In this document: positions 53,611 to 64,000 of the stretch, in pieces | Position numbering within the stretch: position 1 is the first letter of the stretch | How the letters are laid out: every line of letters starts with the position of its first letter | NCBI RefSeq assembly: GCF_009914755.1 | Contig: NC_060925.1 | Length of the DNA: 64,000 nt | DNA from: the human T2T-CHM13v2.0 reference genome, Homo sapiens | Reading direction: 5' to 3' (one strand) | Notes under the pieces: generated by a model | Database searches by the model: none | Seen by the model: the letters and a program-made list of their open reading frames with translations, nothing else | What the model was told of the DNA's origin: nothing | Made by a program: the position numbers and the translations under genes

Positions 53611-54123
53611 TGTGAAAGACTGTAAAAATGGCCACAATCCTTGCAGTTGTTCATGAAGTTATGCTCTTTGCTATGTGATTTTGCAGCTCAAACAGTGACA
53701 TCTATTTCTCTTTTCCTTATATCTGGGCTGGCTTTGTGCCTTTAATTGGCCAACTATATGCAACAGAAGTGATGATGAGGCTGTTTTTAGCCTAGAGGGC
53801 CTGCACACTTCTGCTCTCTCAGCACCCTGCCTCCACATGAGAACAAGCCTGGACTAGCCTAGTGGAGGATGAAGGGGCCACATAAAGCAGAGCTTGGGGA
53901 GCCAATTCATCTCAGCGGAGGCTCCAAACATCTGCTAGCACCCAGTCAAGATGAGAAAACTCAGCTGACTTGCCAACTAACCCTGCAGATACTTAAGAAA
54001 AGCCATCCTACATGAGTCAAGCCCTCCAGTTAACTCACACTGTAATTAGCAAGTTAAATATCTGCTGCTATAAAACACTAAGTTTTGGAGTGGCTTGTTA
54101 TGCAGCAATAGCTAACTGGTACA
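53611..54123 (+). mobile_element. MLT1 (MaLR) solo LTR
   Basis: AAAATGGCCACAA..CAGAAGTGAT..AACAAGCCTGGACTAGCCT ... TTGTTATGCAGCAATAGCTAACTGGTACA. Confidence 0.8.
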
Positions 54124-54404
54124 GCGGTTTTCAAATGTAGTGAGGACGGAGGTTAGAGTGGAAGTATGAAGGAATCTCCAGGGTAGGAAAACATCTATGC
54201 ATGGTTGGGAAAAGAGAAAGTTCCCTAGGTGATGCATGCCCATTAATCCCACTTCTCCTACTGCTGCTTAGAAAGCAATGTGCTCAGCAAGCAATGTGCT
54301 CAGCAGCAAGTTGCTGCTTAGAAAGCAATGTGCTCAGCATTGGGAATATACAGCCTAGAAGTCAGAGTCCCTACTTTTAAGTTATTTATGGTCCAGTGAG
54401 GGCA

Positions 54405-54512
54405 ACTGTGATCAGCCATCCTGGTTTACCTGTGACTGTCCTGGTTTTAATACTGGAAGCCCCACATTCGAGAAATCCCCTCAGTGCTGGACAACCTGAA
54501 ATGGTTGATTAC
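54405..54512. mobile_element. MER81-like hAT-Blackjack MITE
   Basis: CCATCCTGGTTT..GACTGTCCTGGTTTTAATACTGGAAG..CCCCTCAGT..GGTTG. Confidence 0.65.
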
Positions 54513-54695
54513 TTGAAGTCTTGCAGGAGAAATAGATAGATACTTTTTAATGTGGCATATAAGTGTTTTGATATAGGTAGTCAACACAGAGTTCCTTACT
54601 AATATTAATATCTGTCCTGAAAAGACATATTTCATGAAAAAAAATGCAATCTTAGAGTCTGTAACTTTCCCAAGATCACAAAGTTAGTAAGTAGT

Positions 54696-55068
54696 TGTAT
54701 TAGTTTGTTCTCACACTGCTAGAAGGACATACCTGAGACTGAGGAATTTATAAAGGAAAGAGGTTTAATTGACTCACACTTCCACAGGGCTGGGGAAGCC
54801 TCAGGAAACTTACAATCATGGTGGAAGGGGAAGTGAACATGTCCTCCTTCACATGGTGGCAGCAAGGAGGAGTGTAGAGCGAAAATGAGGGGAAAGTCCC
54901 TTACAAAACCATGAGATCTCATGAGAACTCACTATCACATGAACAGCATAGAGGTAACTGCCCCCATGATTCAATTACCTCCCACTGGGTCCCTCTCATG
55001 ACACATGGGGATTATGGGAACTACAGTTCAAGATGAGATTTGGGTAGGGATACAGCCAAACCATATCA
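54696..55068 (-). mobile_element. THE1 solo LTR inserted in MIR
   Basis: TGTATTAGT...CAAACCATATCA; 5-bp TSD GTAGT. Confidence 0.95.
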
Positions 55069-55114
55069 GTAGTGGAATTCGAATTCAATCTCAGGCTACA
55101 TTTTAGAGTTAAAA

Positions 55115-55706
55115 CTTCTTTTCTTTTTTTTAGCATTTTAAAAAATTAATTTAATAGGTTTTGGGGGAACAGGTGGTGTCTGGTTACATGGACAAGTTCT
55201 TTAGCGGAGATTTCTGAGATTTTGGTGCACCCATCACCTGAGCAGTGTACACTGTACTCAATGTATATTGTTTTTATCACTCACCCCTTGACACCTTTCT
55301 CTCCAAGTCTCCAAAGTCCATTATATCATTTTTATTCCTTTGTATCCTTGTAGCTTAGCTCCCACTTATAAGTGAGAACATATGATGTCTGGTTTTCCAT
55401 TCCCGAGTTGCTTCACTTAGAATAATGGTCTGCAACTCCATCCAGGTTGCTGTGAATGCCATTATTTCATTCCTTTTTATGGCTGAGTAGTATTCTGGTA
55501 TATACATACCATGTTTTCTTTATCCACTTGTTGATTATGGGCATTTGGGCTGGTTCCATGCTTTTGCAATTGTGAATGGTGCTGCTACAAACGTGCATGT
55601 GCAGGCGTCTTTCTCATATAATGACTTCTTTTCCTCTGGTAGATCCAGTAGTGGGATTGCTGGATCAAATGGTAGATCTACCTTTAGTTTTTAAAGGAAT
55701 CTTCAT
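55115..55706 (-). mobile_element. L1PA15/16-like 3' fragment
   Basis: TTTTGGGGAACAGGTGGT..GTTCTTTAGCGGAGATTTCTGAG..GGATCAAATGGTAG; TSD-like TAGAGTTAAAACTT on both sides. Confidence 0.9.
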
Positions 55707-57504
55707 AGAGTTAAAACTTATTTTCTTAAACATTAAGCTGAACTTCCCTCCACCCCCTAAAACGACTCATTAAAGCAAAAATCAGGAATGGACTGGAGTT
55801 AATTAAGAGAAACCTGAACCAGATTAGGCCATTCAAGGAAGGCTTCCTAGAGAAAGTGACACATAAAATGAGTCTTGAGAGATAAGGAAGAGTTTTTCAG
55901 GAGATAAGTGAGGTGAGACACTCCAAGTATCTTCACTGAACAGCTTAGACAAAAGTGCAAGAACATTAAACAATGTGGGGATCTAAAGGCTGACCAGCAA
56001 TGATGCATTATAGAATGTGAGCTGGGATTTGCTAGGAAATGAGGCTACAGGGACAGCTATAGGTTGGAGTTCTCCTAGTAGTTATAACCCACTAGAATCC
56101 AATGAGAGATAAGCTTCCTTCCATTTCAAAGCATTCACACGTAGGAAACAAATTAATCGTCTTTGTTGTAGAACATTTTTCATGTGACAAACTGAGCTGA
56201 GAACTAACACTACTGCACTTGCAAATCTGAAGCAAAAACATTTTGTTATCACATGCTCAGAACTGGAGGCTAACAAAAACAACAAGAACAACAACAATGA
56301 AAACTACCTTATAAAAAGTAGTTGGTAAATATGCTAAGTAGCTATTTTCCAATGCAAATAGCGAAAAGCATGAAAAAAAAAGCCACCATTTAGCCATTGC
56401 ATAATGTTTTCTTAAAGACCAGGAATGTCAGCACTGTGTAGACCTTCCAGCACAAAGGCTAAATATGTTTGATTGACATAAATGGAAGACGTAAGCAAAT
56501 TAAGGAGCCAAAGAAAATGTCTGATCTAATTTTTTTGCATATTGAGTGTATTTTTCTAACAAGTTTATTAAACACATTGAAAAAATAGTTATGTAGCCCC
56601 TAGTATATATGGTATTGTCCTTGGTGCTGAAAATACACTTAGGGACTATTTGAATCGTCTTTAAGAACATTAAAATTAGATAAAAAATTGATATGCAGAC
56701 AATTAGAAAATGAAAAAAAATACGTAGTATAATGCAGGTGAATGTAAGGTGTGCTGAGAAAGTTTCCCTTATCTTTCCTAGGAGAAATTATCAAGTAAAA
56801 AGTCATTTGAAGCCTTTACTAACTCTTCTCCTAATGAGGAGAATTTTACAGTAAGATGTAGCAATAATAATAGTGCCACAATTTAATGAGCACTTGTTTG
56901 CCACTCAAAGAAATAAACCTTCTACATACATTTTCAAATTTAGTACTTACAACAACTCTTGAGGTTGATATTTTTACACGAATTTTTAAAATATAAATAC
57001 CCTCAAGACGTCCGAGATTTAAGCAGCAGAACCAAGATTTGGATCTGCATCTGCTTGACTCCATAGCTGAAGTCTGTTACCTTATTTTACATGTTTTCCC
57101 ACTAGGGAGAGGCATTCTAGGGGGAGGAACTGCACAAGGAAAGGCACAGAAGCTGGAATTGGTATAGCATGTTCATAAAACTGTCAGCAGATCTGCATGA
57201 TAGGAGCACATGCTCTGAATGCAAATTGGAGGAAGGTGATCCTAAAGATCATGGAGCTCTCAGTATGTCATGAGAAACATTTTGGACTTTATTCTCCCCA
57301 CCTACCCCCAACACACAAGTGAATTAAAGGAAAAAAATAATAGCAGAGCATTCTTCCTGATCAATGTCTTCTTTCTGAGCTGAGAAATGTCTACTGCAAT
57401 TCATATCCAGACAATTCCTACTGCCAGGATGAAGATGAGCAACATCAGACCCCTCTGGTCTAAAAGGCTTTTATTTGAAAAGCTGTGTTATTATAGAGAA
57501 TTCA

Positions 57505-57995
57505 TGTATTCATTTATTCCATAATTGCTTTTTTTCCAGTTGCTGTTTAGCACCTATCATGTGCCAGTACTTGTATTGAGTACATGGAATTGTTGGTGAG
57601 CATAACTTACTTTCCTGTAAGAGAGCTCACATGAGGACAAGGTAGAAAATGACTCATGACCAAGTACTTAATGAGAAACTGAGATAAATTCTATGAGGGA
57701 AATGTGCTATGAGGGGCTAATAAGAAGGAATCTGGGGGCTTAGACACTTTCTCTGAGAACATGTTATTTGAGGAGAGTTATGAAAAATAAGTAGAAATTA
57801 ACAAGGCAAAGTTGGGGGAAGAGAGCATTCTAGGTAACGAGAACCGATCTTGCAGTGGCCCTGAGGTAGTTTTCATGGCTTGATGGAGGAACATCTAGAA
57901 ACCTGGAACAGAGAGATCAAGGTGAGGAGGACAGGAGATGAGCCAGAAAGGCAGGTGAAGAGTGTCATGAACCATGGTAAGAACATCGGTCAGCT
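57505..57995 (-). mobile_element. L2 fragment
   Basis: TTCATTTATTC..TTTAGCACCTATCATGTGCCAG..GAGCATTCTAGG..GGCCCTGAGG. Confidence 0.55.
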
Positions 57996-59059
57996 GCCTA
58001 GATCCTTGTAAAAATGTCTTAAGAGCCATCTCTACATCAAGATTTATCTTGAAAAAGAAATATCTCCACTGTCTGACACAGTCATCTGTGTAACTCATAG
58101 AATCTCCCTTTGTTCTAGTTGCTTAAAAAATCACAGCTAAAATTATTTTAGGCATTCCATTCAAATCAATATGGTGATATGTCAGTCTATTCAGTTCTTC
58201 CAGAAATTTTCTCTGAAGTGATATTGATTTTTCACATTTAGAAATTCATTCTAAGAAAATAACTTTTTCTGATGATCACACTGCACCTGCTCTTCACTTT
58301 GTGAGTTGTGCAATGATTTTTAGTCAAGGCATGATTAGTTGACAATTGCTAGCTGTAACTCACACACCTACTTATTGCAAGCAAACAAATGAAGGAGAAA
58401 GAGAAGGTTAATACAAAGAAGTGAGAAAAGACACAACTTTCAATTGCTACAATCATAATAAGATAATGTTTTCCATTGCCTATGGCTTGAAAAATACTCC
58501 AAGAAGAAAATATTCTCAAAGTGCTTTCTCCTGTATCTCTAATTCTGCCCTTAAAACAACTCATTATTTTCTCCTTTTTTGGATAAAAAACTGAGACAAC
58601 GAGAGATGAAATCACTTTCCTGTGGTCTCATTGCTAGTGATAGTGGAAATGGGATTCATAGTCAGCTCTGATTCCAAAGTCAATGCTCTTTACTCTACAC
58701 ATCACTGCCTGCAACAGACACATAAGAAATCGTTTTCAGACGCTCTGTCCTTGGGGATGATCCACAAGGCCAATACAGGGAGTGCACAATCCTGGCATTT
58801 CACATTTCACAACCTTACAAAATAGCTGTGATCCCCTGCTCCCCAGATCCCACTCCAAACCCCTCCCTTCCTGCTGGGTTAAGCATCACCTCACTGTGTG
58901 GCTCAATAAAGGAAACCCTGGGAAATTAATGGTCTTGTTACCTCCATTGGTGTTTAATGACCCTGCAGTTTCCTGCAGAGTGTATTCTCCCTGGGCCAGT
59001 TGTTAATGAACCAGTTCCTCCTTCCATGGTTCAAGTGGAAGTCTCTTACAGCAGCAGAG

Positions 59060-59310
59060 AAGAACAGATTGAATGCCCACTAGGTGCCAAGTACTATACT
59101 ATGTGCTTTATATGGATTGCCTTGTTTATTGCTCATTTAATCCAAAAATGATCCTGTGATGTAGGCATGATTATACCCATCTTACAGATGAGTAAAGCAA
59201 GTCATAGAAAAGTGAGGTAAAATGTCAAAGACCACACAGTTAGAGTCGAGTGAGGAATTAAATTCATAGAGGTAACCTGCAAGGTTCACATTCTTAATCA
59301 CTACAGCATT
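59060..59310 (-). mobile_element. MIR
   Basis: ATTATACCCATCTTACAGATGAG. Confidence 0.7.
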
Positions 59311-60167
59311 CACATCCTCAGGTAATTCTGTCTGAGGCCTTGACATCCAGGCCATCTGGTTGGTTTACTTTAGGAAGATTGCACAAATCTTCCCACCATT
59401 ATTCCTTCACCTCTTAGGCATATTCAGTGTTATGGAAATACCATCTCCCCCACTCTTGAAGCTCTTTGAAATTAAGATAAATGCAGCTGGTGGGGGAAAC
59501 TTAAACTCATCTTATCTCATATTAACTTAATGGAGTATTCAGCACTTCAAGACTTTTTATTTTTCCCATCACCCCACCCCTAATTAGGAGAAAAACATCA
59601 TGAAGACAGAAGGAGTGAACCAGGGTACATTTTATTGGAATGATTTCTAATTTCCTCTGATTCAAGTTCCATTTGGGAACACATCAGCTGGTTGTTAAAA
59701 ACTTTTAGTTAAATAAGACAAACAGAGCTGGTGGAGGGGGTGGAGTTATCAGTGTTCCAGATCCAACAGAGTTAAGAAAACCTCAACCCTTACTTGGTAT
59801 TTTGCTGCCTCAGAATGCTGGTTCTTAGAGCCCATTTAAAAAGCTAAAATAACTTCCAAAAAAGAAACAAACAAAATAGACGTAACACTGCAGCTGTGTT
59901 TTTCAGATCAGTATTTTAAGGTAAGGACTTGATGTTAGAAAGGAAGAATCTACAGTAATCCGAAAAGGTCAATGTGATCTGATTTGCAAAGGTCAAATTT
60001 GGTATAAGGAATGAAAGTGAAGAGTTATATGGCTTCAGGCAACTGATTCTTTTGTTGGCCTCAGTTTCCACATCTCTAAGAGGGGTTTTGAGAATCTTTG
60101 AGGTCTATTCCAATCCAGACATTTCATAAAGAGAGATTTTAAGTCTTAAGATTAAAGGCAGGGTCAT

Positions 60168-60540
60168 TGTATTAGTCTGTTCTTATGCTGCTAATAAAGA
60201 CATACCCGAGACAGGGTAATTTATAAAGGAAAGAGGTTGAACTGAGTCACAGTTCAGCATGGCTGAGGGGAGGGACCTCAGGAAACCTACAATCACAGTG
60301 GAAGGCAGGCACATCCTTCTTCATATGGTGGCATCAAGAAGTGCAGAGCGAAGGCCGGGAAGAGCCCCTTATAAAACCACCAGATCATGTGAGAACTCAC
60401 TCACTACCATGAGAACAGCATGGTGGTAACCACCACCATGATTTAATTACCTCCCACTGGGTCCCTCCCACAACACCTGGGGATTATGGGAACTACAATT
60501 CAAGGTGAGATTTGGGTAGGGACATAGCCAAACCATATCA
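60168..60540 (-). mobile_element. THE1B-like solo LTR
   Basis: TGTATTAGTCTGTTCTTATGCTGCTAATAAAGACATACCCGAGAC ... GCCAAACCATATCA. Confidence 0.93.
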
Positions 60541-61999
60541 CTTATATAAGTTTGGACAAAGCCAACTTCCTTTCTTGAATTACAGAAGTGTCTGGATCTG
60601 TAGTCTACCACTTTGTGCTTTCCTAAATTGGGACTTCAGTACCTGTACTCCTCATTCAACAATATTTATGTCTGATGACTTCACCTCCTACTTGTTTCCC
60701 ATGCCTGCCCACTGGAATCCATCCACCCTTCTCTGTTTCTTTGCCATAACCTTAGGCCAAGCCATATCATCTCTTACGTGGATTACTCCAAAGGGCTTTT
60801 AATTGTAATCCTGCCTGAGTCTTGTGCCCACTTAACTCTATCTTTCACACTGCTTCTGAAATGCAAAACATGTCACCCTCCAGGTTAAAACATTTCAATA
60901 TCTCAACATAGTTACACGGGAAAAAAGATCTTCATCCACCTGCTCCTGATTGCCTTTCCACCCTTATTTTCTGCAGCCTCCTGTCATAAACTTCTGGCTC
61001 TGTGACCTCAAAATCCTACATGCCATGCCCTGCCATTAAAGCCTCCAAGTCTTTATTTGGACTATTCTGTCTCCTCTTTCAGTTGGGTAACTTCTTCATG
61101 AAGCCTCTGAACTAGACGCCTCACTGAAGCCCCATTTGAACAAAGTTCCCCTGTTGTGTGCTCACATATTACCCTATTCAAACCTTTTGCTTATCACTGA
61201 CTGACTTATGCTTAAACCTGAAGGAATATCAGTACTTACGGGCTGCACTTGGAGCTAAAAGCTGACAAAGGAGATTCAAAAAGATAAACCAGGGAGGCTG
61301 CACATACCAGGAGAGTGTGGCAGAGAAAAGCCAAAAGAAAGTAAGAAAGAGGGAGTGGTCCCCTATATAAAATTGTGCTTGGACATCTGGTGAAATGAGT
61401 TCTGAAAAGTGGCCACTGGATTGAGCAACATAGAAATCCTGGGTGACCTCAGTAACAGCTATTAGGGTTTGTTAAATAATGAATAAACACATGGATTAGT
61501 TTCTCTACTCCTCTCAATTCTTGTTTACAAGCTTGCTAGCTTTCAGAAGCAGTAGGCTTGTAAAAACAATATTTTTGCAACATTTCTTTTCAAATGAGAT
61601 TATGTCTGATGTTGGATCAAGGCTAAGCTTTTGACTAAGATCACCATTTCCAGACAAGCAAATCTAAAGTAACTGCTCTTGGGGCAGGCCACTGTGGCCT
61701 CATGGTGCTCTTTGGCCTCTACCTAGAGTGAGTGAGCAATCCTGGAAAATCTAATCGCATGAGGTAAAAAGTCAGAGATGGGGTTTTCCTTCCAGCATAG
61801 GATTTTCAGCATGGGCAGGTTTCAGAGGGCCTCTATCAGAGAAGTCAATGAATCAAAGGGCATTTGCAGAGATGCTGTCTTCCCCTTGCCCATACATCTG
61901 CAGAAATAGGCCTTACTGAAACCATTAGCATAAAAACTGCATGTTTTGTAAGGTTGACTTCTTTGACCCCCTCTTCTATCATCTTCTTACTGGTTCTCT

Positions 62000-62445
62000 A
62001 GGCTATAATCATCCCAATCTTCTACGTGTCCCTTGCACACTTCAAATATTTTTGCAACTCTGGGCCTCTGTCTTTGCCATTCCATTTACCTAAAATTCTT
62101 CCCCAAGATCCTTGCAAGGCTAGCTCCTTCTTGTCATTCAGGTCTCAAGTCAAATGACCTCCCTCCCTCAGAGATGCCTGAGGGTATGGCTATGGAAAAG
62201 GCAGCCCTCAATCCTGGGCAATCTCTGGTCCACTCCATGATAGTGTTTGTTTTTTTTTTTACCGTATTAATATTTCCAAAAGATATATGTAATATATGTA
62301 TTAGATGTTCACTGTCTGTCTCTCCTCATTAGATTGTTAGCCTCCTAAAGGCAGGAATCCTAACAGCCCTTGTACTGATATATTTTCAGCAACGAAACAG
62401 TTCTTGGTGCAGATTTTGCACTCTATTAAGTGAGTGCATGAATAA
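62000..62445 (+). mobile_element. L2 3' fragment
   Basis: TCATTCAGGTCTCAAGTCAAATG..CTCAGAGATGCCT..GTCTGTCTCTCCTCATTAGA..GGCAGG. Confidence 0.6.
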
Positions 62446-62571
62446 AGGTTTTCAAGTGATTCACTTATAAGCCAAGTTCTGCCATCTCTATCTGGCCTTT
62501 CAGTTACTCCTTGAGGGGAGCCTCAAGTTCAAGTTCTTTGGAAGGATATTGAAAATGCTCCATGATATAGT

Positions 62572-62730
62572 GAGTGATTTTCAAACTTAAGCTGCATAAG
62601 AGCCACTGAGATACTGGTTAAAGATGTGAGTTTCAGACACACAGATTCTTTTTCAGTACACTGGAGTGGGGCTCTGAACTGTGCTAGAGATCCTAGTGCA
62701 ACCAGCAGACTTCTCTTGAGAATGCAGTTT
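62572..62730. mobile_element. MER5-like MITE
   Basis: AGTGATTTTCAAACTTAAGCTGCATAAGA..AGATTCT..TTGAGAA. Confidence 0.55.
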
Positions 62731-62804
62731 TAGAATTTAACCACAGCACCCATCACACCTTACAGACCTTACTGCAGCAACTCTAACCTGCTTCTGTTCC
62801 TCTG

Positions 62805-62860
62805 AATTGAATGAATGCATGGATGGATGGATGGATGGATGGGTCAACAGATGGATGGAT
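62805..62860 (+). repeat. (GAAT)/(GGAT)n microsatellite
   Basis: Read directly from the sequence. Confidence 0.9.
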
Positions 62861-62867
62861 TGCAACT

Positions 62868-63617
62868 CTTTTTATTATTATTTTTATTATACTTTAAGTT
62901 CTGGGATACATATGCAGAACTTGCAGGTTTGTTACATAGGTATACACGTGCCATGGTGGTTTGCTGCACCCATCAACCCATCATCTACATTAGGTATTTC
63001 TCCCAATGCTATCCCTCCCTTAGCCCCCACCCCCCAACAGGCCTTGGTGTGTGATGTTCCCCCGACTGTGTTCACGTGTTCTCACTGTTCAACTCCCACT
63101 TATGAGTGAGAACACGTGGTGTTTGGTTTTCTGTTCCTGAGTTAGTTTGCTGAGAATGATGGTTTCTAGCTTCATCCATGTCCTTGCAAAGGACTTGAAC
63201 TCATCCTTTTTTATGGCTGCATAGTATTCCATGGTGAATATGTGCCACATTTTCCTTATCTAGTCTATCATTGATGGGCATTTGGGTTGGTTCCTAGTCT
63301 TTGTTATTGTGAATAGCACTGCAATAAACATATGTGTGCATGTGTCTTTATAGTAGAATGATTTACAACCCTTTGGGTATATATCCAGTATTGGGATTGT
63401 TGGGTCAAATGGTATTTTTGGTTCTAGATCCTTGAGGAATCGCCACACCGTCTTCCACAACGGTTGAACTAACTTACACTCCCACCAACAGTGTAAAAGC
63501 ATTCCTATTTCTCCACATCCTCTCCAGCATCTGTTGTTTCCTGACTTTTTAATGATCGCCATTCTAACTGGCATGAGATGGTATCTCATTGTGGTTTTGA
63601 TTTGCATTTCTCTAATG
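62868..63617 (-). mobile_element. L1PA (about PA7/8) 5'-truncated 3' end
   Basis: TTATACTTTAAGTTCTGGGATACA start. ORF 63260-63643 matches the ORF2p C-terminus ([28 protein letters not shown]). TSD-like GGATTG(C/T)AACTCTT on both sides. Confidence 0.95.
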
Positions 63618-64000
63618 CAAGGATTGTAACTCTTACAGAACAATCAACCCAAAAAGAAAGCAATAGATCATTATGCTCTTTCAAGGCAGAAACTGCAGGA
63701 GAAACTGACACTGAAAAGATATTTTGAATGTCTGATTCAGGGAAAAATCAGAAGGCTTGATGGCTTATAAAACAGTATACATGTTTTTGCTTTTCTTCCT
63801 ACACAACACAAAGCGGGCTGAATTCATATGGATGCTTTCAGGGCTCCCAAAATTGGGATTCAATTCTGGATGACTAGAATTGAAGTGTGATCTAAACAGT
63901 TATATTTTGGCAAATGTCTTTCAGCAAGCACATAATAATTAGTATAAGCATCTTGTATGTTTTAGATACTTTCTATACATGAATTCCCCAAATAGCCCCA

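Noticed and set aside
59895-59926. 14-nt microexon TTTTCAG|ATCAGTATTTTAAG|GTAAGG
   Set aside because: Not frame-preserving, short pyrimidine tract and no supporting gene context.

Overview
This is primate (human-like) genomic DNA that reads as intronic or intergenic. It is dense in repeats, and I recognise no intact host protein-coding exon, RNA gene or CRISPR array. The main feature is a defective HERV9/ERV9 provirus on the + strand at 14009-22327. It has two LTR12 LTRs, a CTAA target-site duplication (TSD) and a tRNA-Arg primer-binding site. Its gag-pro-RT-RNase H region is disrupted, an internal deletion removes integrase and 5' env, and the env TM region remains. It is inserted into an old L1. 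The rest is Alu, L1, L2, MIR, MaLR/ERV solo LTRs and DNA-transposon fossils; subfamily names come from recalled consensus sequences and need RepeatMasker confirmation. The most unusual structures are: (1) a ~580-bp local duplication (2034-2610 copied to 9644-10224) carrying an LTR41-derived CTCF-like motif and a MER20; (2) asymmetry between the two LTRs, with different CCAAT repeat arrays and the poly(A) signal lost only in the 5' LTR; (3) a tandem duplication with internal deletion in an L1 5' region; (4) a perfect-identity template-switch micro-insertion; (5) non-repeat blocks rich in homeobox/FOX motifs. I found no convincing evidence for a wholly new biological system; the best candidates are locus-specific regulatory novelties.
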